Below the pieces are notes generated by a model. That model did no database searches. It was given only the letters and a program-made list of their open reading frames with translations, and was not told the origin of the DNA. The position numbers and the translations under genes were made by a program. Below are positions 26,269 through 35,924 of a stretch of DNA of 64,000 bases, in pieces; position 1 is the stretch's first letter, and every line of letters starts with the position of its first letter. Origin of the DNA: a virus (taxonomy: Duplodnaviria > Heunggongvirae > Uroviricota > Caudoviricetes); the IMG/VR virus record IMGVR_UViG_3300020200_000004. The stretch is one strand, 5' to 3'.

Positions 26269-27021
26269 ATGCTTTCTTTGCATGCTAGGAAAAAAAGTCC
26301 TCCAGTACCGCCAATTACATTAAGAGAATATTATTTTTCACAAGATAACCAGGCATTTCTATTAAGTGGGCAAGTTGATTTCAATAAGATGATGGCCGGT
26401 ATCAATCTTCCTATAAATTCTCACATCTTAGAAATAGGTTGTTGTACAGGTAGAGTGTTACGCAATTTTTGGCCTGTATTGAAAAAATATAGAGTTGATG
26501 GTTGTGATATAGAACCGGCATATGTTCAATGGTGTAGAGAACATATGAATCCAATGCGATTCTATTTTCCTGAAGAAATTCCTTTAAATACTTATGATTT
26601 TGTTTATTGCCAATCTGTATTTACTCATATTCCAAATCCAATTCCAGATTTATTTAAAATAAGGAAATTTCTCAAGAAAGATGGTTTATTTTATGTAACA
26701 ATTCATGATGAAGTTGATTTAGAAAGAATAAAGGGATTTCCAGAGAAAGAACAGTTACGTCGTTTTATCGAAGACTATGTTAATTTAAATGAATTTCATG
26801 TGTCCACAATCTATTCAATTGCTCTAGAACAAGGAAGAAATTGTAAAGTTTTCTATAACAGAGACTTTTTTGTAAAATTAGCTTCTTATGCTGGATTTAA
26901 ATTAATAAAAATAGTTGACAAAGCACATAGAAATGGCACTACGCAAACTGGACTGTTATTCCGTACATATCTTCAACAAAAATCAGAGGTTTGCATTATT
27001 TTCAAAAAAAGTGTCATTTGA
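26269..27021 (+). CDS. Class I SAM-dependent methyltransferase
   Basis: ILEIGCCTGRVL (motif I), DGCDIEP (motif II acidic), VYCQSVFTHI. Confidence 0.6.
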   Translation: MLSLHARKKSPPVPPITLREYYFSQDNQAFLLSGQVDFNKMMAGINLPINSHILEIGCCTGRVLRNFWPVLKKYRVDGCDIEPAYVQWCREHMNPMRFYFPEEIPLNTYDFVYCQSVFTHIPNPIPDLFKIRKFLKKDGLFYVTIHDEVDLERIKGFPEKEQLRRFIEDYVNLNEFHVSTIYSIALEQGRNCKVFYNRDFFVKLASYAGFKLIKIVDKAHRNGTTQTGLLFRTYLQQKSEVCIIFKKSVI

Positions 27022-27116
27022 TGTTTATTTTTGGAAAACATCTGCTATAATAAAAGTGTAAGGCAAAAGGGCCTTGCGATTTTGCAGTAAAAGACTGCGT
27101 AGAAAAGGAGAACGAA

Positions 27117-28154
27117 ATGTTAGAGCAAATGTTTGAGTCCGTGCGCACACTTCTTAATTCCCACAATCAAGTAATCGGTGAAGGAAATCCTGGGTATGTA
27201 AACCCTGATGAATTTCTTACTGCCATTAAAGTTGCTGGTGGGACAAGTGAAGAAAGATTGAAAAGAATGTCCCATGAGGATATTTTGCATTTTCTTCCAA
27301 AGACTAATTATCTACCTATTATGTTGGCCAAGGATATTGCAAAGGTATTCCGTGGCAATGATAGTGTGAACCATATCGAAACAGATACGGTCGAAGCACA
27401 AAGCCGTAAGCCTGTCACATCTAAAAAGGCTGATAGGATGAGTTTGCGTGAACTTATCCAAAATTATGATCCTGAAGAAAATAATGCTGTTTCCAAGCGG
27501 CTTAAAGAGGTTTCTAGAAATGAACCTTTTATTGTGTTTTCAACTGATAATGCTGTTAATGTTGAAGTTACTTTAAAGTTATTGCTAGAAGTTAAAGGTG
27601 GTTTTGACGGTAGAACCGATTATAAAGTTGGCAATGACATATTTCCAGTCTACAAAGTTGGTGAAAGAACCGATTATTATGTAGATGAGAATCCGCTTTA
27701 TGATAATCGCCCTTTGCGGCCTGATGGTACTTGTGATCAAACAGGAAGGTCATGGGAAGGTGTTGAACTTAAAATAAGGCAGCTAGTCAGGTTGGCTGTA
27801 GCAACTGGAGAACTTCATGTTAGCTTGGAAAATGCAAATAACATCTTGGATATGGTTTTATCTACAGATGCTTGGAGCAAGTTGACAACAAGGTATCGTA
27901 AGGCTACACTTAAGTTTAATGAACTTAGCAAGACTGGCGAATTACCTAAGTTAAAGATGGCATTGGGGGTTGCCCGCAAACGCCCTTTTGAGGATGGGAA
28001 GAAGGTTGTATTTATTAAAGAATCTTCTCCCAAAAACAAGCGTGGCCAACAGAACGCTGGAATTTGGCAGTATCCAATTGGCGGTGGGGTTGCTCATCCT
28101 GATTGCATATACAAAAATGATGGCGGTAAGTGGACGATGAATGTTGAAAAGTAA
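27117..28154 (+). CDS. Hypothetical protein (345 aa)
   Basis: ORF with AAGGAGAA RBS. Confidence 0.4.
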   Translation: MLEQMFESVRTLLNSHNQVIGEGNPGYVNPDEFLTAIKVAGGTSEERLKRMSHEDILHFLPKTNYLPIMLAKDIAKVFRGNDSVNHIETDTVEAQSRKPVTSKKADRMSLRELIQNYDPEENNAVSKRLKEVSRNEPFIVFSTDNAVNVEVTLKLLLEVKGGFDGRTDYKVGNDIFPVYKVGERTDYYVDENPLYDNRPLRPDGTCDQTGRSWEGVELKIRQLVRLAVATGELHVSLENANNILDMVLSTDAWSKLTTRYRKATLKFNELSKTGELPKLKMALGVARKRPFEDGKKVVFIKESSPKNKRGQQNAGIWQYPIGGGVAHPDCIYKNDGGKWTMNVEK

Positions 28155-28161
28155 AACTTTT

Positions 28162-28210
28162 AGCAAGTGCAGGTATTTTAATTGTACCAAGTACCTGCAC
28201 TTGCTTTTTC
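28162..28210 (+). terminator. Rho-independent terminator whose 16-nt loop is motif copy 3 (TTAATTGTACCAAG at 28178-28191)
   Basis: agcaagtgcaggta / tacctgcacttgct 14-bp stem, loop ttttaattgtaccaag, then tttttc. Confidence 0.6.
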
Positions 28211-28239
28211 TTAAAATTTAAATTACAAAGGAAATTAAT

Positions 28240-29004
28240 ATGAAAAAGCAAAAAAAAGACAAGCCTACTACGATTATTTCTGTAATTTTAGATAAAAGCG
28301 GAAGTATGGGCGGGCGTGAAAAAGAAATAGTAGCTGGATATAATGAACAAATCCAGCAAGCTAAATTAAGTTCTAAAGATCAAAATATATTGTTTAATTT
28401 GATTTCGTTTAATGGCGAGGTCAGCGAGCATCATTGGGGTCAAAAAGTAGAAGAATTACAAGAAGCTACAGTTGAAGACTATCAACCTGAAGGATCAACA
28501 GCACTTAGGGATGCTGTAGGTTATACGATAGATAAACTGTTAAAGACTACAGACCCAACTGATCCTAATGTTGCGTATTTAGTTATTATAATGTCTGATG
28601 GTGCCGAAAATGCATCTAGGCATTATTCTCCATATGAATTGCAAAGAGTTAAATCGCAGGCAGAAGAACATAAAAACTTTACTTTCACCTATATGGGATG
28701 TTCAGAGGCAATTGTAAAACAAGTAGCTGCTGAATATTCTATACCGTTGTCAAATTGTGCTGTTTGGAGTAATAACAGTGTAGGCAGTACAGAATTTGCA
28801 TATAAGGCTAGTAATAAGAGAATGAGTGAAAAGTATCTTAGTGCTAGAAGTGTTGGCAAGGGTGTATTAAATGACGTATATAGTGATACAGGTGGCATGG
28901 CTAATTTTGCTCCTGAAGAGGCAGCAGATTCAGTTGTACCAGATGTATCAGTAGTAACACCTGATAAGTTTAATATAACCAATACTGTAGATGTTCAGGG
29001 TTAA
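28240..29004 (+). CDS. von Willebrand factor type A (vWA) domain protein
   Basis: MIDAS-like ILDKSGSMGG near the N-terminus; a second metal-coordinating segment SDGAENAS. Confidence 0.55.
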   Translation: MKKQKKDKPTTIISVILDKSGSMGGREKEIVAGYNEQIQQAKLSSKDQNILFNLISFNGEVSEHHWGQKVEELQEATVEDYQPEGSTALRDAVGYTIDKLLKTTDPTDPNVAYLVIIMSDGAENASRHYSPYELQRVKSQAEEHKNFTFTYMGCSEAIVKQVAAEYSIPLSNCAVWSNNSVGSTEFAYKASNKRMSEKYLSARSVGKGVLNDVYSDTGGMANFAPEEAADSVVPDVSVVTPDKFNITNTVDVQG

Positions 29005-29038
29005 ATAAAAAAGGAACCCCTGTGCAATGGACAAATAA

Positions 29039-29803
29039 ATGAAAAGTGACTTTGCAAAAATCGTAACGGAGAGGCCAAGAGCAGGGGGCGGCTATAAAAA
29101 CCCAAAAGGTTGGAATGCCCGTTCTCAACATCGTACTGCCAATCAATGTGAACAGGAAAACTGGCCCAAAAGGGAAAAAATCCGACAAAAATGGCAGTCC
29201 AGTTTCGGTGAGAAACAATTCACCGATGTTCTTGGCCCTCTCTACGGTTATCTTTTAAAGCAAGTTGGGCGTCATTGGGATGATGTATTTTCCGAAATCT
29301 GCGAGAATCTACCAGCCAATAACACCAATACCAGCCATGTCAGGGACCACGTTTTCGATTTCGTTGAGGTTGACGTGGTTATGGTTGATGGCGTTCCTTG
29401 TTATCGCAGAAGCTTTGGAAAATATACTTGGTTAAAGAAACAAGAATGGACTCCCTTGAGCGTCTATGGAAGTCGCCAATTCCAATTGTATGTTAATCCC
29501 GAAAATGGTTTACTCTGCAAACTTGAGAAAAAGAAAGAAGTCAAGAAGGACAAAAAAGAAGGCAAAGGTGTCATTGTAGACGATACCCATCAATACCATA
29601 AGATTGATGGAGTTTGGTATCTGTTGGCACTTAAGATCGTTAACCGTCATCCTGAATATTACGAACTTTTCTATGATGTTGGTTACAAAAAGAACTTTCG
29701 TGACTCTGAAATGTTCCGCCATTATGGAAAACGTTGCTATTGCATTCACAAAACTCAATTAAACAAACGACAAATCAAAAAGGCTAAATTAAATGGAGAA
29801 TAG
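29039..29803 (+). CDS. Hypothetical protein (254 aa)
   Basis: ORF. Confidence 0.4.
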   Translation: MKSDFAKIVTERPRAGGGYKNPKGWNARSQHRTANQCEQENWPKREKIRQKWQSSFGEKQFTDVLGPLYGYLLKQVGRHWDDVFSEICENLPANNTNTSHVRDHVFDFVEVDVVMVDGVPCYRRSFGKYTWLKKQEWTPLSVYGSRQFQLYVNPENGLLCKLEKKKEVKKDKKEGKGVIVDDTHQYHKIDGVWYLLALKIVNRHPEYYELFYDVGYKKNFRDSEMFRHYGKRCYCIHKTQLNKRQIKKAKLNGE

Positions 29804-30218
29804 GCCATTAATAGGTGTCGCTACTTGTATTTTCAAAGACGGTCAAGTTTTATTAGGTTTGCGTAAAGGTAAGCATGCCAATAATACATGGGGATTTCCT
29901 GGCGGGCATCTTGAATTCGGAGAAAAAATAGAAGATTGTGCCAGAAGAGAAATAGCTGAAGAAGTTGATGTGGAAGTAAATTGTTTAAGTTTTATATCAG
30001 TTGTTGGCAATGTTTATGAAGAAGAAAATAAACATTATTTGACAATACTTTATACAGCCAATTATGTTTCTGGTGATTTAACAGTAAAAGAACCAGATAA
30101 ACACTTGGAATGGAAATGGTTTCCCATCTGTGATTTGCCAGAAAACTTAATGCCTCCTGCCAAGAAATTTTTGAAGGAACTTAGTAAAGATACTTTGTGT
30201 TCGGTTATAATTGAATGA
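29793..30218 (+). CDS. NUDIX hydrolase
   Basis: Nudix box GFPGGHLEFGEKIEDCARREIAEEVDV (Gx5Ex7REUxEExGU). Confidence 0.8.
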   Translation: MENRPLIGVATCIFKDGQVLLGLRKGKHANNTWGFPGGHLEFGEKIEDCARREIAEEVDVEVNCLSFISVVGNVYEEENKHYLTILYTANYVSGDLTVKEPDKHLEWKWFPICDLPENLMPPAKKFLKELSKDTLCSVIIE

Positions 30219-30392
30219 CACAACAACAAAATTTTTTAAATTCTTTGGTTGAAATGCTCAAGGCATTAAATGATGATGAGAGAACAGAAGTTTTAAATAA
30301 TTTCTGTCGATCTTGCGGTACGTATATACAGAGTAGTGATTGGGCCGACTTGAATTATTGTTATTCGTGTTCCCCTGACCCTAGAGAATAAC

Positions 30393-30797
30393 ATGAGCAT
30401 TTTTGCAGATAGATTGAAAACCCTTCTTACGGTGGACAATAGCTGTTTTGCCTATACATTAAAAGAATGGGCTTATATATTACACAGACCCGTTGAGCGA
30501 ATAGAAGATTGGTTTAATGATAAAGATATACCTAGTTTTTATACTTTAAACCTTATAACTATAGTTTTTGAGCATTCCAGCGATATGAATGTGGAAGCCT
30601 TAGCCCAATTTAAAGAATTGTTTGACATGAATCCTCTTGATATATCGCCGCATGGGGCTAGAATGTTGCCTTCCCTTGGGGAATACATCAAACGCACTAT
30701 TTTTTCCGACGAATCCAGTATATTAGCAAAACTAAATAAAGATGAGCAAGCTGAATACCTATTAAATAAATATGCAAGCCAGCAAACTACCAATTGA
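30393..30797 (+). CDS. Hypothetical protein (134 aa)
   Basis: ORF. Confidence 0.35.
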   Translation: MSIFADRLKTLLTVDNSCFAYTLKEWAYILHRPVERIEDWFNDKDIPSFYTLNLITIVFEHSSDMNVEALAQFKELFDMNPLDISPHGARMLPSLGEYIKRTIFSDESSILAKLNKDEQAEYLLNKYASQQTTN

Positions 30798-31278
30798 GTC
30801 TGCATTACTTATAACCCCAACTCGTCAGATAGATGAAAGAGGGTCGCTTTTAGAAGTCTTTAATGAAGATGTTTTCAGGAAAAATGGTATAAACAATAAA
30901 TGGGTAGGTATTGAAGCCCATGTTTCTAACAAAGATGTTATTCGTGGCATTTATATTACAGATTTTGCCAAGATAATAAGCTGTGTTAGTGGTAATGTTT
31001 TTTGTGCTATTGTAGACATGCGAATAGGTTCTAAGACTTATTTTCAACATATTGGTGTTGGTCTTAGTCCTGATATTGGAGTTCAATTATTTGTTCCTCC
31101 TGGTTGTGGGTATGGTTTCTTTTGCCATGTGGATAGTTCTGTATTGGTTTTACAAGAAGGCATACAAAAAGAACGTGTTTTGAAATATAATGATCAAAAA
31201 ATTAAAATAAATTGGCCTAAACCTTCTGGGGCTGATTATATTTTATCATTAAGGGATAGATTAGCCCAATGCAATTAA
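30772..31278 (+). CDS. Cupin-fold protein, dTDP-4-dehydrorhamnose 3,5-epimerase (RmlC)-like
   Basis: ALLITPTRQIDERGSLLEVFNEDVF...NKDVIRGIYI parallels RmlC ...p.vf.DeRG.f.E.f......S.kgvlRGLH. Confidence 0.45.
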   Translation: MQASKLPIESALLITPTRQIDERGSLLEVFNEDVFRKNGINNKWVGIEAHVSNKDVIRGIYITDFAKIISCVSGNVFCAIVDMRIGSKTYFQHIGVGLSPDIGVQLFVPPGCGYGFFCHVDSSVLVLQEGIQKERVLKYNDQKIKINWPKPSGADYILSLRDRLAQCN

Positions 31279-31456
31279 ATAAACTTTTTCCAGATAGAGT
31301 AGACGTTATAAGTCGTGAAACTATGATGAATGTAACTGATATTATAGCTTGGATTTATGATAAGAATCCAGATATAGTATTGGAAGTATTTAAAGCATTA
31401 GGCAAGAAGCATAAAGATTCATTGAACCAGTTAGAAAATTATTTGGACATATACCG

Positions 31457-31918
31457 ATGATGTACAGAACAAATCAAGAATGGTTTGATTTGATTGCAAA
31501 GGATTATCCTAATGAAGATTGGGATGCTGTTCCTGATGTGGAAACTTTACCAGATATTTATAAGGTTTGTGGTAAATTTAAAAGCAAATTCAATTGCAGT
31601 GATTCATTTGTTGTTATAACTGAATTTAAAACATTGGAAGAGGCGAAAGCACAAGTGGAAAGGTGTAAAACTACCTGGGGTGTTGAATTTGATTCCATTG
31701 AGATAAAATCACAAAAGCCTAAAGAAGCTCTTTGGAAGTCATGGGCTAAAGAATTACGTGAAAAGCTAATGGAAGAAACCGCTCCTGATGTTGTTCTTTC
31801 TCCAGAAGGTGCAGAACTTTGGGAAAAGATTGAAAATGATCCAAATTCTCCCGTAGGCCGTCCAGTCAATCATGTACGAAGAAGATTACCTGAAAAATCT
31901 GATAAAATTGATAAATAA
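31457..31918 (+). CDS. Hypothetical protein (153 aa)
   Basis: ORF. Confidence 0.35.
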   Translation: MMYRTNQEWFDLIAKDYPNEDWDAVPDVETLPDIYKVCGKFKSKFNCSDSFVVITEFKTLEEAKAQVERCKTTWGVEFDSIEIKSQKPKEALWKSWAKELREKLMEETAPDVVLSPEGAELWEKIENDPNSPVGRPVNHVRRRLPEKSDKIDK

Positions 31919-31921
31919 GGG

Positions 31922-32179
31922 ATGAAAACATTTAATCAATTTTTCGAAGCAGTTGATGAGCCGGTAGCTGGTTATGAAGATTTTATGGCAAATAGGCCAC
32001 CTAAAGAGTTAGACCCTTTTCAAACAGCAGCACAAGAGGCACAAGACCATCTTAAACAGGCAATGGCGTCTATAAGTAAAATGTTACAAAATCCAATGGG
32101 CTGGGAACAACATCTTAATGCTTTTATTGAACAATTGAATGTTATGAGCCAAAATTTGAACTATTTGCAACACAAGTAA
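31922..32179 (+). CDS. Hypothetical protein (85 aa)
   Basis: ORF. Confidence 0.3.
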   Translation: MKTFNQFFEAVDEPVAGYEDFMANRPPKELDPFQTAAQEAQDHLKQAMASISKMLQNPMGWEQHLNAFIEQLNVMSQNLNYLQHK

Positions 32180-32186
32180 GGCTTTT

Positions 32187-32200
32187 TTAATTGTACCAAG
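32187..32200 (+). promoter_or_regulatory. Conserved motif TTAATTGTACCAAG, copy 4
   Basis: Exact 14-mer, 8 nt upstream of ATG 32209. Confidence 0.5.
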
Positions 32201-32208
32201 AGGCAGCA

Positions 32209-32472
32209 ATGAAACTTTTATTTTTTTCTGCCCCTGGTTGCGGTCCTTGCACCCTATTTTTCCCCATTGTGGAGAAAATTTCAGCAGATTTAAATTTAGA
32301 ATTAGAGAAAATTGACGTTTCAGAGAACCTGGATTTAGCTGTGAAATATGGCATTGGCAGCATTCCACAGCTTTTAGTCTTGGAAAATGATAATGTTAAT
32401 GGTCGCCTTGTCGGTTTGTGTAATGAAAATGATGTATTTAAACTTCTTCAAGAATCAACAACAAAAATGTAA
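32209..32472 (+). CDS. trxA: Thioredoxin
   Basis: MKLLFFSAPGCGPCTLFFP with CGPC active site; about 87 aa. Confidence 0.75.
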   Translation: MKLLFFSAPGCGPCTLFFPIVEKISADLNLELEKIDVSENLDLAVKYGIGSIPQLLVLENDNVNGRLVGLCNENDVFKLLQESTTKM

Positions 32473-32482
32473 ATAATTAATA

Positions 32483-33412
32483 ATGTCTACGCCTTTACAG
32501 AAGAAATGGGCTGCAAAAAGTATTGATGCAGATGATGTTTATAACTATGATGATGACTCAATAACATTTGTCTATGCACCAAAAAATGACAAATTGTACA
32601 CAAGTAAATATCCCGATACACATATTGAAGTTGGTTATCAATTAAGTCCAGAAGAACAAGCTGCCCTTAAAGATATTAGCCGAAAAGCAATGCTTAATAA
32701 AGGTTATATTTTAGGCAGGATGGGGCATTTGCCTTGGAGCAAAGTAGAAGGCAGAGCATCAAATCAAGAAGATGCATTTGTTATTCCAGTTATAGCCTTC
32801 TGGAATCAAATTAACTTTACAGAAGCACAAATTAAGAGAACTTTACAGAAATTGATGGAAGCGTATCCAGGCTATTTCATTGTTCCTGCAAACGAAGTAG
32901 TTGTAACAGGCGAAAGAGGAAATGGTGTTAAAACTTCCTTTTTATCAGATTGGGGAATGGAAATATCAGGAGAACCCCAATCAAAAAAAAGAGATGCCCC
33001 TGATTGCAAAGCACTTGAAAAAATAGACATTTTAGGCAAACCTTATGGACTGCAAGGCATTCTGGGGGCTATTCATTCTACCAAAGGCGAAGAACTAGGC
33101 TACCTAAGAGGCTCTTTCTGTAGTGCTTATCCTATAAAAAGACAACAAGCACAGGAAAAAGACTGCCCATTGCAAGCTAAAATGCTAGATGCCCTTTCAA
33201 GCAAATTTAAATGTGGTGAAAATGACTGGAATAAATACGTAAATGCTGGTAAATTTGCCAGAAGGCAGCAACTTAAAAATATTTTCTCTAAACCAGAAGA
33301 AATTGATAAAAATTTTAGAACACAAAAAGAAATCGATGCCGCTTGGGATGAACTAATGAACAAAAAGGAATGTGTTTTAAATTTCAAATCCTGGCTAACT
33401 TCCAAAAATTGA
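32483..33412 (+). CDS. Hypothetical protein (309 aa)
   Basis: ORF. Confidence 0.4.
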   Translation: MSTPLQKKWAAKSIDADDVYNYDDDSITFVYAPKNDKLYTSKYPDTHIEVGYQLSPEEQAALKDISRKAMLNKGYILGRMGHLPWSKVEGRASNQEDAFVIPVIAFWNQINFTEAQIKRTLQKLMEAYPGYFIVPANEVVVTGERGNGVKTSFLSDWGMEISGEPQSKKRDAPDCKALEKIDILGKPYGLQGILGAIHSTKGEELGYLRGSFCSAYPIKRQQAQEKDCPLQAKMLDALSSKFKCGENDWNKYVNAGKFARRQQLKNIFSKPEEIDKNFRTQKEIDAAWDELMNKKECVLNFKSWLTSKN

Positions 33413-33617
33413 AATTTACTTTTCAAAAAAAAGCTATACAATGAAGTATGGTGCGAGCTTATTGGTCCCAAAATAAACTAATTGTTGAACAAGTTTCACC
33501 CGAAAAAGAGGCAGAATTGGCCGATTTTGTACAGGAAACCCTAGATTTGGTTGGCATAGCTGTATTTGAAGGTATGGCCTATTCAACCGAAGCAACTGCC
33601 AGAGAAAAGTTGGAATT

Positions 33618-33631
33618 TTAATTGTACCAAG
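33618..33631 (+). promoter_or_regulatory. Conserved motif TTAATTGTACCAAG, copy 5
   Basis: Exact 14-mer about 41 nt upstream of ATG 33673 (AAGGAG RBS lies between). Confidence 0.5.
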
Positions 33632-33672
33632 AACCGGAATCAGAGTTAAAAATAACAAAAAAGGAGCTAATC

Positions 33673-34587
33673 ATGCGTCAAATTAGTTTTATTGTCACAA
33701 ATGATGGGTCTATCTGTGCCTTTGCTAATAACAAGGCTTTCCCTCCCATCGCCAAAGATCATCCCAAGTATAACCAAGTAAAACAAGCCATCAAAGATGA
33801 CAATGTTGATGAACTTAGTAAGCTTGTGGATATTGTGCAGCAGATTATCAATTTCTCTGATGGCAAGGTTGAAATCAAGGATGGGGTAGTTTATTACAAC
33901 GGTCAGGCAATGCATAACGTGTTGACTAATAGGATTATTGGTCTTATGCGTGAAGATTTCCCATTTGCCCCTGTAGTTAAGTTTTTTGATAACTTGATGC
34001 AGAACCCATCTAGTTCCTCTGTAAATGAGCTATACACGTTCCTAGAGCATCGTGCGCTACCTATTACGGAAGATGGTCATTTCCTTGCCTATAAGCACGT
34101 TAGGGACGATTGGACTGATATTTGGACTGGCAAGATTGATAATAGTGTTGGCAAGGTTGTTGAAATTATCAGGAACCAAGTTGACGATGACCGCAACAAG
34201 GGCTGTTCTTATGGTTTGCATTGTGGAACCATTGAATATGTTAAAAACTATTCTGGTTCTGGTTGCAATGATGGTGGTCATTACATCATTGTTAAGGTTA
34301 ATCCCAAGGATGTAGTTTCTGTGCCGTTGGAATCAAATTGCACTAAGCTACGTACTTGCCGCTATGAAGTCCTTGGCATTTATAGTGGTGATTTGGTTGC
34401 TCCGCTTTATAATAATATGGGTGGGCCTCCTACTACCTTTGATGACCCAGAGGATGAAGAGGAAGAGTACGAAGATTTTGATTTGGATAACGAAGAAGAG
34501 GAAGAGGAAGAGGAAGACGTTTTGGAAGCTGAGTTAGTAGACCCAACGGATTCCGATCATAGGTCTTTTAACCCAAATAACAATTAA
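33673..34587 (+). CDS. Hypothetical protein with poly-acidic C-terminal tail
   Basis: 304 aa from ATG 33673 (RBS AAGGAG); C-terminus DDPEDEEEEYEDFDLDNEEEEEEEEDVLE. Confidence 0.45.
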   Translation: MRQISFIVTNDGSICAFANNKAFPPIAKDHPKYNQVKQAIKDDNVDELSKLVDIVQQIINFSDGKVEIKDGVVYYNGQAMHNVLTNRIIGLMREDFPFAPVVKFFDNLMQNPSSSSVNELYTFLEHRALPITEDGHFLAYKHVRDDWTDIWTGKIDNSVGKVVEIIRNQVDDDRNKGCSYGLHCGTIEYVKNYSGSGCNDGGHYIIVKVNPKDVVSVPLESNCTKLRTCRYEVLGIYSGDLVAPLYNNMGGPPTTFDDPEDEEEEYEDFDLDNEEEEEEEEDVLEAELVDPTDSDHRSFNPNNN

Positions 34588-34807
34588 TGTCTAATAAACT
34601 TAATTTGACATTTGAACAATTGTGGGATACTTTTGTTTTGGCCAATCCTATAATTGGTGAAGGTCAGGAAATAACTATACCCACATTATTGATAAAGCAA
34701 TTATGTGAAGTATCTTACGAAATAGGCCAAACCTACGAAGAAATTGAAGATTTCCAGGCAGCAATTGATGAAATAGAACGTTTAAAAAAGAAATTAGAGG
34801 AATAGTT

Positions 34808-35023
34808 GTGCGTTGGATATTTATTTTAGTTTGTTTTTTAATTTGTTCTTGCAGTAATAATAGCGACAAGGATTCAGGCCGTTGCCGTTGCGAGAAACCG
34901 ACACCGGGCCATCATTGCACTTGTTATGCAGATTGTACATGTAAAGAAAACGATAAGTGCAAGAATTGGTATTGCACATGTAGTAAAAGCCCAACAGAAG
35001 GTAAACCTTGGCCTAAAAGGTAG
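34808..35023 (+). CDS. Small Cys-rich putative lipoprotein (71 aa)
   Basis: Signal peptide with lipobox-like FLICSCS; 14 Cys in the mature part. Confidence 0.35.
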   Translation: MRWIFILVCFLICSCSNNSDKDSGRCRCEKPTPGHHCTCYADCTCKENDKCKNWYCTCSKSPTEGKPWPKR

Positions 35024-35231
35024 TTAAAATAATGTAAAAATGTTTCGCCCACATTTTTTACACCATCTTTTACCTTTATAGGAACTTTTAAATAAAGGAA
35101 ACCAAGTGCCACACCAAGGGCAACGAAGGGCAATTAAACCACCTAGAAAACTAAGTATAGCCATCAAAACTGTGAATCCCATAATTTATATATGAGCCGT
35201 TATAAAGTAAGTTAAAATAAGAGGAAACACA

Positions 35232-35924
35232 ATGTTGAATGAAAACAAGATGGACCTTAATTTATTTTGCAATAATCCAATATCAGCGATAAGGGCTATT
35301 TTAGCATGGCATTGGGGCAATCCTTTAATTGGCGAAGGTAATCTTTCTAAAGACTTAGTAAGGGGATTACGTCTTACTAATAAATTTTGCAATGGTGATA
35401 CCGATAATTTTACTCAATGGGATTTTTGGATTTTTCTTGATGAAAATGGAAAGAAAAGATGTAGCAAATGTCAAATAACAAAAGATACAGAAGATTTTAA
35501 AACTTCCAATAATTCCAAAGATGGTTACAAATCTGCTTGTATGAGATGTGAAAAAAATAGTGATTTGCTGAGCCAATATGGTATAACTTTGAAGCAATAT
35601 GAGGCAATAGAAAAGAATCAAAATCATTGTTGTGCTATATGTGAATCAAAAGACTCAAAAATTCCTAGAAAACATAGAAAAACTAAAATAGATGTATTTT
35701 GTGTAGACCATGACCACGATACAGGCGAAATAAGAGGTTTACTTTGTTTTAATTGTAATACTGGATTAGGGCAGTTTAAAGATTCTGCCGATGTTCTGGG
35801 AAACGCTTTGTGTTATTTGAGGAAGTTTAATTGTACCAAGAACGAGAAAAGTTCAACGAACAATCAAATAGGAAATACAAATGATTTTGGTACAGAACCC
35901 ATTGAATTTGGAAAAGTCTGCTGA
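35232..35924 (+). CDS. Recombination endonuclease VII-family protein (C-terminal EndoVII domain)
   Basis: HCCAICES...VDHDHDTGEIRGLLCFNCNTGLG matches the EndoVII CxxC...DHDH..G..RGLLC..CN..LG signature. Confidence 0.7.
   Translation: MLNENKMDLNLFCNNPISAIRAILAWHWGNPLIGEGNLSKDLVRGLRLTNKFCNGDTDNFTQWDFWIFLDENGKKRCSKCQITKDTEDFKTSNNSKDGYKSACMRCEKNSDLLSQYGITLKQYEAIEKNQNHCCAICESKDSKIPRKHRKTKIDVFCVDHDHDTGEIRGLLCFNCNTGLGQFKDSADVLGNALCYLRKFNCTKNEKSSTNNQIGNTNDFGTEPIEFGKVC
35827..35840 (+). promoter_or_regulatory. Conserved motif TTAATTGTACCAAG, copy 6 (inside the 3' end of the EndoVII ORF)
   Basis: Exact 14-mer 40 nt upstream of ATG 35881. Confidence 0.45.

Noticed and set aside
2176-29758. Short minus-strand ORFs nested inside + strand genes (for example 2176..2427, 2958..3257, 12918..13328, 25035..25247, 28689..28982, 29510..29758)
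   Set aside because: These are shadow ORFs typical of AT-rich DNA. They lack RBSs and motifs and overlap well-supported genes.
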